A DNA stretch of 64,000 bases, from the NCBI GenBank assembly GCA_943846775.1, contig OX044368.1, positions 283,153 to 347,152 of the forward strand, written 5' to 3'. Source of the DNA: an uncultured PS1 clade bacterium (GTDB lineage: Bacteria > Pseudomonadota > Gammaproteobacteria > PS1 > Pseudothioglobaceae). Positions 10,596 through 21,902 of the stretch are shown in pieces. The notes under the pieces were generated by a model. That model had not been told where the DNA came from, did no database searches, and was given only the letters and a program-made list of their open reading frames with translations. How positions within the stretch are numbered: the first letter of the stretch is position 1; the number at the start of each line of letters is the position of its first letter. The translations under genes and the position numbers were made by a program.

Positions 10596-11300
10596 ATGAG
10601 CGCTAATAAAATTATTGCAGAACTAAAATCTTTTGCAACTGCTGAACGAAAAAAACAAAATGAGGTGTACTTTAAAACTGGCCTAGGGCAATATGCTGAA
10701 AACGACCAATTTATAGGGGTTCGTGTTGCGCATACTCGTCAAATCGCTAAGCAATACTTTAAAAATATTGCTTTTGAGCAAATAAGTCAGTTGATCAACC
10801 ATCCTATTCATGAAGTTCGTTATTGCGGATTGATCATATTGGTTAAGCAATATCAAGCTGGTCAGCAAGACAAAGTGTTTGGTTATTATCTTAAAAATAT
10901 TCATACAGTCAACAACTGGGATCTGGTTGATTATTCAACACCTCAGGTTATGGGTGATTATATTTTCCATCATCAAGACAAATTACCCCTACTTTTTGAT
11001 TTGTCCCAATCAGACAATTTATGGAAAAAACGTATTGCTATTGTGGCCACTTTTGCTTTTATTAAACAAGGTGAATTTAGTCCTACTTTATCCATTGGTA
11101 AACTGTTGTTAAACGATCATGAAGATCTTATTCACAAGGCAGTAGGCTGGATGCTAAGGGAGGTTTACAAGAAAAATAACAACCTATGCAAAGCTTTCTT
11201 AAGAGAAAATTACGCACAACTTCCAAGAACTACTTTAAGATATGCGATTGAACATATGGATGAAATTGAGCGAAAAGCGTATTTAAAAGGAATTTTTTAA
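10596..11300 (+). CDS. DNA alkylation repair protein (AlkD-like, HEAT-repeat family)
   Basis: VNNWDLVD, LWKKRIAIVAT, DLIHKAVGWMLRE, PRTTLRYAIE. Confidence 0.85.
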   Translation: MSANKIIAELKSFATAERKKQNEVYFKTGLGQYAENDQFIGVRVAHTRQIAKQYFKNIAFEQISQLINHPIHEVRYCGLIILVKQYQAGQQDKVFGYYLKNIHTVNNWDLVDYSTPQVMGDYIFHHQDKLPLLFDLSQSDNLWKKRIAIVATFAFIKQGEFSPTLSIGKLLLNDHEDLIHKAVGWMLREVYKKNNNLCKAFLRENYAQLPRTTLRYAIEHMDEIERKAYLKGIF

Positions 11301-11301
11301 C

Positions 11302-11610
11302 ATGTATCAAATTAGTTTTTATGTGCCAGAGGCCGACTTGGAAATTGTCAAAAATGCAATGTTTGACGCAGGTGCCGGCCAATTTGATAACTACGAACAA
11401 TGCGCCTGGCAAACAATTGGCATGGGACAGTTCAAACCCATTAATGAGGCACAGCCCGCTATTGGACTGCTGGACGAATTAGAAGCCATAGAAGAATATA
11501 AAGTTGAAATGCTCTGCGTTGATGACAATCTTGATTTGGCCATTAAAGCGATGAAATTCTCCCATCCTTACGAGCAGGTAGCTTACAACATTATTAAAAT
11601 GGAATATTAA
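11302..11610 (+). CDS. YqfO/NIF3-associated small PII-like domain protein
   Basis: FYVPE, AGAG...Y..CAW...G.GQF.P, HPYEQVAY. Confidence 0.8.
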   Translation: MYQISFYVPEADLEIVKNAMFDAGAGQFDNYEQCAWQTIGMGQFKPINEAQPAIGLLDELEAIEEYKVEMLCVDDNLDLAIKAMKFSHPYEQVAYNIIKMEY

Positions 11611-11615
11611 TTATC

Positions 11616-12692
11616 ATGAAAAACCAAGCCCCCTACGAACATGGCTTTATGCTGAGCTTATTGCTACTTGCCCTTGGTGGACTTATTTGGCTATTAATGC
11701 CTTTTATACCCGCTTTATTCTTAGCACTGCTTATTGCTATCGCTACCTTTTCTCAATACAGCCAACTCAAAAATCGCCTATCTGCTAATAATGCAGCGCT
11801 AGTAATGACGCTATTAGTAACCACTATTCTTATTCTACCACTGAGCTATATTTTGCTAATTAGCGGACTTGAAATCTCCACATTGATTCAAACCATTAAC
11901 ACCGACTTTAGCCTTGAAAAAAGCCGTCAATTGCTTGAAAAAACTATTCTCGGGCTACCTTTTCCTGAATCACTTAAAGCGACACTAAGCACAGCAGCCA
12001 ATAATAATTTAGAAGGGTTATTAATTAGTATTAAAGATTTTTCAGTGGTTATTTTGAGCAGCATATTATCCTTATCCTCGAATTTTATACTCTTCTTAGT
12101 GATTAGCATTTTTGCCCTTTACTACTTTTATATAGACGGCAAAAACACAATTAAGCGTCTCAAAGATCTTTCACCTTTAGAGAATCACTTGGATGACATT
12201 CTTTTAAAACAATTTTCAAGTCTATCTATTACATTAGTAGGTAGTGTCTTTAGTATTGCACTATTACAAGGAATTTTATTTGCTATTGCAGTAACAATAA
12301 TAGGCTTGCCAGGTTTGTATTTCGGTATTGCTATGGCGCTTGCCAGCTTCATTCCGGTACTTGGCGGACTAATTATTTGGTTACCATTAAGTATTTATCT
12401 TTATGCACAAGGGCAAACAACAGAAGCCTTAATAATTGTTGTGTTTGGTGCTGTATTTATTGGAATTATTGTTGATCATTTTGTCAGACCCTTAATTATT
12501 CAAAAGTTTACTCAATATAGTCAGCAATCTAGCCCATTAGACCATACTTTAATTACAGTTTTATCAACCTTGGCTGGAATTATTCAATTTGGCGTTTTAG
12601 GTTTATTTATAGGGCCAATTATTGCAGCTATGGCCATCAGTATCTTTGACGTCTATGCTATTAAGTACGCAGACTCATTAGACAGGCGATAA
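11616..12692 (+). CDS. AI-2E family transporter
   Basis: Multi-TM protein with SFIPVLGG.IIW.P, D.F.RP.I, G..G...GP motifs. Confidence 0.85.
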   Translation: MKNQAPYEHGFMLSLLLLALGGLIWLLMPFIPALFLALLIAIATFSQYSQLKNRLSANNAALVMTLLVTTILILPLSYILLISGLEISTLIQTINTDFSLEKSRQLLEKTILGLPFPESLKATLSTAANNNLEGLLISIKDFSVVILSSILSLSSNFILFLVISIFALYYFYIDGKNTIKRLKDLSPLENHLDDILLKQFSSLSITLVGSVFSIALLQGILFAIAVTIIGLPGLYFGIAMALASFIPVLGGLIIWLPLSIYLYAQGQTTEALIIVVFGAVFIGIIVDHFVRPLIIQKFTQYSQQSSPLDHTLITVLSTLAGIIQFGVLGLFIGPIIAAMAISIFDVYAIKYADSLDRR

Positions 12693-12786
12693 ACAGCAGT
12701 CCAAACGGACAAGCGCTAAACAGCAGTCTAACAAAAAAACTTGAATTAGGTATAATATCTCTGTTTAATTTACCAATAGGATTCTC

Positions 12787-13257
12787 ATGTTAAATAAGCT
12801 AGTTGAGTATATTCAAAACAACCATCCAGATACCAATATTGATGACTATTTAGATGCCAAATACATCCAACTTAACAACACACAATTAAAGCAAATTGCT
12901 GATGCATTAGAAAGTGGAGAGCTTACCGCAAGCCCGGCTTCGAATTGTGGCGCTAGTCATTTTATTTTTCATTTTGGCGGTACTATTATTTTATTGCAAA
13001 AAGATACGACAGAATCTAATGCAGTGTACACGGCTGAACTTGCTTGGGAAACCGACTTTTTATCTGTCAGATCAGTAAGAGATAAAGCCAAAGGCTTTTA
13101 TTTTATCAATTTTGAGATTGATGATGATTATCAAACAAAGTTACTAGATACGCAAAAGATTATTAAAGGACATGTCAATAATAGCGAAAAAAATCAGAAA
13201 ATTGTTGACAAGGTTATGCCAGTTTTAAAAGGTTTTATGAATGCTATTTCAGATTAA
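12787..13257 (+). CDS. Hypothetical protein (156 aa)
   Basis: AGGA RBS, upstream TATAAT (around 12751), long open frame; no family recognised. Confidence 0.7.
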   Translation: MLNKLVEYIQNNHPDTNIDDYLDAKYIQLNNTQLKQIADALESGELTASPASNCGASHFIFHFGGTIILLQKDTTESNAVYTAELAWETDFLSVRSVRDKAKGFYFINFEIDDDYQTKLLDTQKIIKGHVNNSEKNQKIVDKVMPVLKGFMNAISD

Positions 13258-13264
13258 CAACTAA

Positions 13265-13549
13265 CTAGCCAGCTTGAGTAAGCTTCTTAAGCTTGGGTCC
13301 TGCTTTAAAATTAACTACTTTTCGCGCTGATATCTCTACCGCTTCTCCTGTTTTAGGGTTTCGACCTGGGCGGGCAGCTTTCTCTCTTAGGATGAAATTA
13401 CCAAAACTAGATAGTTTGACTTCTTCCCCAGACGCAAGTGTTAATCTGATTTGATTAAAAAAGTCGTTGGTTAATTGAAGTGCTTGCGCATGTGTTATTT
13501 CAATCTCACGAACTAATGCGTCGGCAATATCTTTTTTACTGAGTGACAT
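13265..13549 (-). CDS. ihfA: Integration host factor alpha
   Basis: VKLSSFGNF, RPGRNPKTGE; follows pheT. Confidence 0.95.
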   Translation of the reverse strand: MSLSKKDIADALVREIEITHAQALQLTNDFFNQIRLTLASGEEVKLSSFGNFILREKAARPGRNPKTGEAVEISARKVVNFKAGPKLKKLTQAG

Positions 13550-15912
13550 TATCGAAGAGTAGCTGAAAATTTATCTTGCATTAGCGTCAACACCTCTTCT
13601 ACCTTCGCATTGACTTCGTCATCTGCCAAGGTAGCCTCTAGAGATTGATAGCTTAAATTAAGCGCAACACTCTTTTTGCTAGAGTCGATGTGCTCGCCTT
13701 CATAAACATCAAACAAGCTCACGCCCATAAAATGCTCTTGTTGTAAATTGTTAATTGCATCTGTCAACTGAGCAACTGGCGTTGCTTTATCAACAACAAT
13801 TGCAAGATCTCTTTGTACTTGCTGATAAGATGAAAAAGCTTTATATTTGGCAACTTTTCCTGTGAGAACAGCGGCCAAATCAACCTCATACAAATAACAT
13901 TTAGGCAGTGATAATTCTTTTTGGAGGGTTGGCGATAATGCACCAATCCAACCCACAATATCGCCATTCAGACTAATCTTCGCACTTTGGCCTTTTTGTA
14001 AGGCTGAATGCTCGCCTGCTTCAAAACTAAAGTTAGCTGACGTAAAACTTAATAACGACTCAAGATCTGCTTTAGCATCAAAAAAATCTAACGCTTGAGT
14101 CTCGCCTGACCACTGAGCATTAAACCGATTACCTGAAACAACACCTGCAAGTTTATTTGACTGCTGATCAGCTTGAACACCATCAAAACACAGACCAATT
14201 TCAAAAAATCTTGCATCGGTATGACCACGCCTTTGGTTCGATTCTACTGTTTGCAAAAGACCGGCCCAAAGTGACGAACGCATAGTCGACATATCAGCTG
14301 ATATTGGATTTGAAAGTGTTATTTTCTGAGCAGATGGATCGATGAATTCCTGATATTTTTCAGAAATAAAGCTATAAGTAATAACCTCTTGATAACCGCG
14401 ACTCACCAAAGCTTGCATGACATCATATTTATCAACTTGAGCTTCTTTAATAACATTAATATTGGCATCTAAAGATAGCTTTTGCACAGGTAACTTATCA
14501 TAGCCATAAAGTCGAGCCAATTCTTCAATTAAATCAGCAGGAATACGAATATCGAACCTAAAGCTTGGCGGAATAATGGTCCACGAGTCAGCTGTTTTGT
14601 CGCTAATTTCAAAATCAAGATTGATGAATTTTTCTTCAATCCATTGACTATCTAGCTCAAAACCCAAAACTTTTTGAATTTTAGCTTGGCTAATGGTAAT
14701 TGGATCGAGTATTGGCAAAGCTGATTGGTCAACGCTACTGGCTATTTCGCTTACTTCACCACCACATATTTCAACGATCAATTGTGCTGCACGATCAAGT
14801 GCCAACTCAGTAATGTTAAAATCAACGCCTCGCTCAAAGCGCAGTGATGACTCTGTATGCAGGCCGTAATTTCTCGCCTTTCCTGCGAGTGATACTGGCT
14901 CAAAAAAAGCACTTTCTAACAAAATATCAGTGGTAGTTGGCTGAGTAGAGCTCGACTCACCACCCATCACACCAGCTATAGCCAATACAGAATGATCATC
15001 TGCAATAACAAGTGTATCTGCTTTTAGCTCAACTGTTGAATCATTAAGCAGCTCAAGTGTCTCACCTGATCGAGCGTTTCTAACTTCAATGTCTCCACTA
15101 ATCTTAGACAAGTCAAAGCCGTGCATAGGCTGCCCTAGCTCCATTAATACATAGTTAGTAACATCAACGACAGGTGAATGTGTTGCTTGGGCTGAACGAG
15201 TAAGTTTGTCCACCATCCATTGCGGGGTTTTAACTGAATTGTCAATCCCTTTAATGGTTCGAGTGAGGTATTTTGGGCAAGCTTTGGTGTTACTCACTTT
15301 GGTGTTAACACTGGACACGCCAGATGCATTAACCTGAATTTCTGGCATCACAAATGCCATATTGTAATTAGCGCTCACTTCACGCGCCACACCTAACACT
15401 GAGAAACAATCGCCACGATTAGGCGTGATATCTAACTCAATAATATGATCATCAAGATCCAAATACTCTCTGATATTTTGGCCAATTGGCGCATCAACAT
15501 CTAGCTCAGCAATACCATCAGAAGCATCGCTCAACCCTAGTTCTGACTCAGAACAAATCATGCCGAACGACTCAACGCCACGAAGCTTGGCTTTTTTAAT
15601 TTTAAAATCACCTGGCAGTTTAGCACCGACTAAGGCGGCCATTACTTTAAGCCCAGTACGTACATTTTTAGCACCACAAATGATTTGCACATTCTCTTCT
15701 AAGCCTACATCAACTTGGCACAGATTGAGCTTGTCAGCATCTGGATGTTTTTCACAAGACACAACATGACCAACTACCACCTTACTAAAAGCAGGCGCAA
15801 CAGTTTCAATGCCGTCCACTTCTAGACCTGCCATTGTTAGTTGCTCAGCGAGCACTTCGTCAGTAACAACTGGTGAGATCCACTCACGTAACCAAGATGT
15901 TGAAATATTCAT
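13549..15912 (-). CDS. pheT: Phenylalanine-tRNA ligase beta
   Basis: HPDADKL, ITPNRGDC, RFERGVD, C-terminal anticodon-binding domain. Confidence 0.98.
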   Translation of the reverse strand: MNISTSWLREWISPVVTDEVLAEQLTMAGLEVDGIETVAPAFSKVVVGHVVSCEKHPDADKLNLCQVDVGLEENVQIICGAKNVRTGLKVMAALVGAKLPGDFKIKKAKLRGVESFGMICSESELGLSDASDGIAELDVDAPIGQNIREYLDLDDHIIELDITPNRGDCFSVLGVAREVSANYNMAFVMPEIQVNASGVSSVNTKVSNTKACPKYLTRTIKGIDNSVKTPQWMVDKLTRSAQATHSPVVDVTNYVLMELGQPMHGFDLSKISGDIEVRNARSGETLELLNDSTVELKADTLVIADDHSVLAIAGVMGGESSSTQPTTTDILLESAFFEPVSLAGKARNYGLHTESSLRFERGVDFNITELALDRAAQLIVEICGGEVSEIASSVDQSALPILDPITISQAKIQKVLGFELDSQWIEEKFINLDFEISDKTADSWTIIPPSFRFDIRIPADLIEELARLYGYDKLPVQKLSLDANINVIKEAQVDKYDVMQALVSRGYQEVITYSFISEKYQEFIDPSAQKITLSNPISADMSTMRSSLWAGLLQTVESNQRRGHTDARFFEIGLCFDGVQADQQSNKLAGVVSGNRFNAQWSGETQALDFFDAKADLESLLSFTSANFSFEAGEHSALQKGQSAKISLNGDIVGWIGALSPTLQKELSLPKCYLYEVDLAAVLTGKVAKYKAFSSYQQVQRDLAIVVDKATPVAQLTDAINNLQQEHFMGVSLFDVYEGEHIDSSKKSVALNLSYQSLEATLADDEVNAKVEEVLTLMQDKFSATLR

Positions 15913-15913
15913 A

Positions 15914-16927
<1,014 letters not shown>

Positions 16928-16948
16928 TTAGTTTAATAATTTGGTATG

Positions 16949-16975
16949 AAAAAAGCCATGATAAATCATGGCTTT
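16949..16975 (-). terminator. Intrinsic terminator after rplT
   Basis: aaagccatgat/atcatggcttt stem with a T tract on the minus strand. Confidence 0.8.
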
Positions 16976-16983
16976 AAGTTTGG

Positions 16984-17352
16984 CTATTTGGCTGCTTTAG
17001 CAATGGCCTCTTTCGCCTGATCCGCAATCTTGGCGAATGCGGCTTTATCAAAAATTGCAATATCTGATAAAACTTTACGATCAATCTCGATACCCGCTTT
17101 GTTTAAGCCATCAATTAATCTTGAATAGCTTAAACCACAATTACGAGCTTCTGCGTTAATACGTACAATCCAAAGTCTACGGAACTGACGACGCTTCTGA
17201 CGACGATCGCGGTATGCATATTGACCAGCCTTAATAACGGCTTGCTTAGCAACACGATAAACTTTTGATCGTGCACCGTAATAGCCTTTAGCTTTCTTTA
17301 AAATCTTTTTGTGTTTTGCGTGCGCCTGCACACCTCTTGATACTCTTGCCAT
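16984..17352 (-). CDS. rplT: 50S ribosomal protein L20
   Basis: [27 protein letters not shown]. Confidence 0.98.
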   Translation of the reverse strand: MARVSRGVQAHAKHKKILKKAKGYYGARSKVYRVAKQAVIKAGQYAYRDRRQKRRQFRRLWIVRINAEARNCGLSYSRLIDGLNKAGIEIDRKVLSDIAIFDKAAFAKIADQAKEAIAKAAK

Positions 17353-17365
17353 TTTCTATTCTCCT

Positions 17366-17563
17366 TTAACTATACGGTAACATTCTACGAACCATTGGTA
17401 CATCTACCTTCTCTACTGTATCAGGTGAACGTAAACCACGTTTTCTTGAAGTGCTCTTTTTAGTCAGGATATGACGTAAGTGCGAGTGTTTACATTTGTA
17501 ACCGCCCTTTGCGGTTTTTTTGAAGCGTTTTGCAGCGCCTCTATTGGTTTTTAACTTCGGCAT
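17366..17563 (-). CDS. rpmI: 50S ribosomal protein L35
   Basis: [20 protein letters not shown]. Confidence 0.98.
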   Translation of the reverse strand: MPKLKTNRGAAKRFKKTAKGGYKCKHSHLRHILTKKSTSRKRGLRSPDTVEKVDVPMVRRMLPYS

Positions 17564-17723
17564 AATTTTCTCCTTGTCCTTTGGACATATTTGTTATTCA
17601 TATGAATAACTTATTATAAAACTGAAGAAATAACGAGGTGTAAATTAGACAAGGCTTTTCAATCTTGAACAGTACACTTGGGTACGATAAAGACTGAATA
17701 ACTCAGTATCATTTAATGCATCG

Positions 17724-18257
17724 TTACTTCTTCTTTGATTTGGGTGCCAGCATCATGCCTAGCTGACGACCCTCCATCTTTGCTTTTTGTTCTACATTAG
17801 CAAATTCTTCTGTATCTTTCTCAATTCTATCTAGCATTTCCATGCCTAGTTCTCTGTGTTGCATTTCGCGACCACGGAACCAAATACTCACTTTAACCTT
17901 GTCACCATTATCTAAAAATTTGACCAAATTTCTAAATTTAATTTGGTAATCGCCTTCTTCTGTTCCTGGGCGATATTTAATGGTTTTAACCTGGGTTTTC
18001 TTTTGTTTCTTTTTAGCTTCTTTCTTTTGCTGCTTCAATTCATAAAGATATTTACCAAAATCCATGATTTTACAAACAGGTGGTACAGCATTCGGAGATA
18101 CCTCTACCAAATCTAAATTAACTTCTTTAGCTCTTTGCTTGGCCTCATTAGTATCAACAATACCAACTTGCCCACCTTGCGCATCAATCAATCGAACTTC
18201 TGAAACTCTAATATAGTCGTTAACTCGAGTTTTATTCTTAGTACTTGGTTTTTTAAT
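17724..18257 (-). CDS. infC: Translation initiation factor IF-3 (ATT start; longer than the ORF track call)
   Basis: Frame stays open upstream of 18191 ([25 protein letters not shown]) to ATT at 18257, preceded by AGAGGGA; DLVEVSP, KIMDFGK, FRGREM motifs. Confidence 0.95.
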   Translation of the reverse strand: MKKPSTKNKTRVNDYIRVSEVRLIDAQGGQVGIVDTNEAKQRAKEVNLDLVEVSPNAVPPVCKIMDFGKYLYELKQQKKEAKKKQKKTQVKTIKYRPGTEEGDYQIKFRNLVKFLDNGDKVKVSIWFRGREMQHRELGMEMLDRIEKDTEEFANVEQKAKMEGRQLGMMLAPKSKKK

Positions 18258-18259
18258 AA

Positions 18260-20164
18260 TTATCCCTCTATTGTTTCTTTTTTCACTAGCGCCACAAACG
18301 CTTCGATCGACATAGAACCTAAATCTTCGCCGCCGCGTCTGCGCACTGAAATCTCGTTATTTTCCATTTCACGTTTGCCGGCCACCAAAATATACGGATA
18401 ACGTTGCATAGAATGCTCGCGTATTTTAAAGCCTATCTTCTCATTACGCAAGTCTGAAATCACTCTAAGCCCTTGTTTTTTTAACTTTTTGTTAACATCT
18501 TTAACAAAATCAAGCTGTTTTTCAGAAATATTCAGCACAACTGCCTGAATTGGCGCCAGCCACGACGGGAATGCACCTTCATAATGCTCGATTAAAATTC
18601 CGACAAATCGCTCCAGTGATCCAACAATTGCGCGGTGCAGCATAACAGGCGTTTGCTTAGAGTTATCTTGGGCAATATAGTGGGCATCCAAGCGTTCAGG
18701 CATAGAAAAATCAACTTGTAAAGTACCGCACTGCCATTCTCGATCTAGACAATCTTTGAGCACAAATTCAATTTTAGGACCGTAAAACGCACCTTCGCCC
18801 TCTTGTAATTCCCATTTAATGCCTTTAGCATCTAGTGCTTCAGCAAGTGCTGCTTCAGCTTTATCCCAGACTTCATCAGAACCCACACGCTTTTCAGGGC
18901 GAGTTGAAAGTTTAATATCAACATTTTCAAATCCGAAATGCTTATAAACATTAAAGGTTAAATCAATAAAATTAGATACTTCTGATTGAATTTGATCAGC
19001 CGCACAAAAAATATGCCCATCATCTTGTACAAAATTACGCACACGCATAATGCCGTGCAAAGTGCCTGAAGGTTCATTACGATGGCACGAGCCAAACTCT
19101 GCCAAACGCAATGGTAAATCCCGATACGACTTAAGACCTTGATTAAAAATCTGAATATGCGCTGGGCAATTCATCGGCTTTACTGCATAATCGCGATTTT
19201 CACTATTGGTGGTAAACATCGCATCGCCAAACTTATCCCAATGGCCTGATTTTTCCCAAAGCGTTCTATCAATTAGCTGTGGCGTGTGCACCTCTTTGTA
19301 GTCATTATCTCTAAATACGTCGCGCATATATTGCTCAACGATCTGATACAGTGTCCAGCCTTTTTCATGCCAAAACACCATACCAGGTGCCTCTTCTTGC
19401 ATGTGGAATAAGTCTTGAGTTTTTCCAATTTTACGATGATCACGCTTTTCAGCTTCTTCTAAGCGGTGCAAGTGCGCCTCTAAATCTTCTTTGGTTGCCC
19501 AAGCGGTGCCATACACTCGCTGCAGCATTTCGTTATTGCTATCACCGCGCCAATAAGCACCAGCAAGCTTCATTAGTTTAAAAGCTTTAAGTCTTGAAGT
19601 TGACGGCACGTGCGGACCGCGACACAAATCAATAAAATCACCTTGCTGATAAAGTGATAATGTTTGATCTGCAGGAATAGATCCGATAATCTCCGCCTTA
19701 TAATGTTCACCCTTAGCTTTAAAGAACTCAACTGCCTCATCACGGCCCATCTCAGAGCGCTCAATCTTGAGACTCTGCTTTACCAGCTTTTTCATGTTTT
19801 TTTCAATCTTGGCTAGATCGCCTTCTGAAAAACCATCTTTGTAAGCAAAATCATAAAAGAAACCATTATCAATCACCGGGCCAATCGTGACTTGCGCATC
19901 CGGATAAAGCATTTGCGTAGCTTGTGCCAAAAGGTGCGCCGTAGAATGACGAATCACATCCAGACCTTCTTCATCTTTTGCAGTAATAATCGAAACACTA
20001 GCATCTGACTCAATCAAAAAAGAAGCATCTACCATCTCGTCATCTACTTTGCCTGCAAGAGTGGCTTTTGCCAGTCCAGAGCCAATCGACTTAGCCACTT
20101 CAAAGACGGTTAACGCTTGATCAAAAGATTTTGTGCTGCCGTCTGGCAGTGTGATAATTGGCAT
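18260..20164 (-). CDS. thrS: Threonine-tRNA ligase
   Basis: TGS domain, RHSTAHL, DLCRGPH, KPMNCP, WQCGTLQ.DF. Confidence 0.98.
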   Translation of the reverse strand: MPIITLPDGSTKSFDQALTVFEVAKSIGSGLAKATLAGKVDDEMVDASFLIESDASVSIITAKDEEGLDVIRHSTAHLLAQATQMLYPDAQVTIGPVIDNGFFYDFAYKDGFSEGDLAKIEKNMKKLVKQSLKIERSEMGRDEAVEFFKAKGEHYKAEIIGSIPADQTLSLYQQGDFIDLCRGPHVPSTSRLKAFKLMKLAGAYWRGDSNNEMLQRVYGTAWATKEDLEAHLHRLEEAEKRDHRKIGKTQDLFHMQEEAPGMVFWHEKGWTLYQIVEQYMRDVFRDNDYKEVHTPQLIDRTLWEKSGHWDKFGDAMFTTNSENRDYAVKPMNCPAHIQIFNQGLKSYRDLPLRLAEFGSCHRNEPSGTLHGIMRVRNFVQDDGHIFCAADQIQSEVSNFIDLTFNVYKHFGFENVDIKLSTRPEKRVGSDEVWDKAEAALAEALDAKGIKWELQEGEGAFYGPKIEFVLKDCLDREWQCGTLQVDFSMPERLDAHYIAQDNSKQTPVMLHRAIVGSLERFVGILIEHYEGAFPSWLAPIQAVVLNISEKQLDFVKDVNKKLKKQGLRVISDLRNEKIGFKIREHSMQRYPYILVAGKREMENNEISVRRRGGEDLGSMSIEAFVALVKKETIEG

Positions 20165-20201
20165 GATAAGGACATCAAAAATAAAAAGAGTTTATTTTAC
20201 C

Positions 20202-21902
20202 TTATTCTGTTGAAGATATTCTCTCAACCATGAGTTGTAATGAAGCATTGCCACGCCAAATATTAATTGATAATTTGTAGGCAACTTTTACCTCATCTGA
20301 CTCAAGTGGCACTTGGAAAAATGCAATGGCATCATGCACTTGAGTATCACCTTTGAGCTTTAATCGGCATTTAAGGTGTTTTTCACCAACTACTTTTTGT
20401 TCAACAATTTCAAATTGACCATAAAAAATAGGCTCGTCGAATCCCTGCCCCCAAGGGCCAGCATTTTTGATGATTTCAGCATTTTCTAAAGAAATGTCAA
20501 ACCCTTCAAGCTCGCCATCGGTTAAGAGCTCTACTGTTGGAATTTGATCATTAAGATGAGCTTTAATAGCGTCGTTAAAAGCCCGCTTAAATGACCAAAA
20601 GTTTTCTGCTTTAATGCTTAAGCCTGCTGCCATTGCATGGCCACCAAATTTTAAAATTAAGCCAGGGTTTTCCCGGTCTACTAAATCTAGTAAATCCTTA
20701 ATATGCACGCTAGGAATAGAACGAATAGAGCCTTTTAAAAATTCTCCTGATTTAGCAAATACAGCTACAGGACAATGATAATCTTCTTTAAGCTTGCCAG
20801 CAACAATACCGACAATACCTTCATGCCAAGAAGGGTCGAATAAGCTAAGGGCAAATTTACCTTCAGATACTTCTTGCTCATCGACAATCGCTTGCGCCTG
20901 CTCTTGAATACGCGCTTGCTCTTGTTTGCGTTTTTGGTTGAACGATTCAAGCTCTTGAGCATAACGCCTAGCATCATTGATATCATTCGTTAACAAGCAC
21001 TTAATACCTCGAGAAATATCACTTAAGCGCCCTGCTGCATTTAGACGCGGACCTACAGCAAAACCCAAATCGCTAGCTTGTAAGGTTTGTACTGGCCTAT
21101 TGGCAATTTCCAGTAGTGCCAAAATTCCAGGGGCGCATTGCTTGGCTTGAATGCGTTTAATACCTTGATCAATCAAAATACGGTTATTTTGATCAAGCCT
21201 AACCACATCAGCCACCGTACCAAGTGCAACTAGATCAAGCACAGCACGTAGGTCTGGCAGAGGAATGCTATTTTTAGCAAAATATTGGGCTTTATTAAGG
21301 TGAGTTTTAAGCGCTGAGAACAAATAAAAACACACGCCAACCCCAGCAAGATTTTTACTTAAAAACTCGCATCCTTTAAGGTTTGGATTAATAATTGCGT
21401 CTGCTTCAGGAACATTGTCACTAGGCAGGTGATGATCAGTAATAATCACTTGAATACCTGATTCTTTCGCTAACTTAGTGCCATCAAAGCTAGAAATGCC
21501 ATTATCAACGGTGATGATTAAATCAGGTTGTTTTTTTTGTATAGCAAGCTTGACAATTTCTGGTGACAAACCGTAGCCATGCTCAAAACGATTCGGCACT
21601 AAAAAATCCACATATTTAGCACCCATGAGTCGTAGGGATTTGACCGCAACCACTGAGGCAGTCGCCCCATCACAGTCAAAATCGCCAATAATTAAAACAC
21701 GCTTTTGCGCTAATAAGGCTTGCTCTAACAACTTTAATGCTTGCTCAAGTTGAGAAAAATTAGGGCTGAGTAGATTAGCCAAACCTAGAGATAACTGCGA
21801 CTCGCCAACTCCCCGAGCAGCATAAATTTTCTTTAAAAAAGTGGGGATATCATCTGAGTAAGACTCAAATAAGGTTTGATCGAATTCTCTAGTTAGCATC
21901 AC
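20202..21902 (-). CDS. recJ: ssDNA exonuclease RecJ
   Basis: GDFDCDG, PNRFEHGYG, ITVDNG, TDHH, GGHAMAAG. Confidence 0.97.
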   Translation of the reverse strand: MMLTREFDQTLFESYSDDIPTFLKKIYAARGVGESQLSLGLANLLSPNFSQLEQALKLLEQALLAQKRVLIIGDFDCDGATASVVAVKSLRLMGAKYVDFLVPNRFEHGYGLSPEIVKLAIQKKQPDLIITVDNGISSFDGTKLAKESGIQVIITDHHLPSDNVPEADAIINPNLKGCEFLSKNLAGVGVCFYLFSALKTHLNKAQYFAKNSIPLPDLRAVLDLVALGTVADVVRLDQNNRILIDQGIKRIQAKQCAPGILALLEIANRPVQTLQASDLGFAVGPRLNAAGRLSDISRGIKCLLTNDINDARRYAQELESFNQKRKQEQARIQEQAQAIVDEQEVSEGKFALSLFDPSWHEGIVGIVAGKLKEDYHCPVAVFAKSGEFLKGSIRSIPSVHIKDLLDLVDRENPGLILKFGGHAMAAGLSIKAENFWSFKRAFNDAIKAHLNDQIPTVELLTDGELEGFDISLENAEIIKNAGPWGQGFDEPIFYGQFEIVEQKVVGEKHLKCRLKLKGDTQVHDAIAFFQVPLESDEVKVAYKLSINIWRGNASLQLMVERISSTE

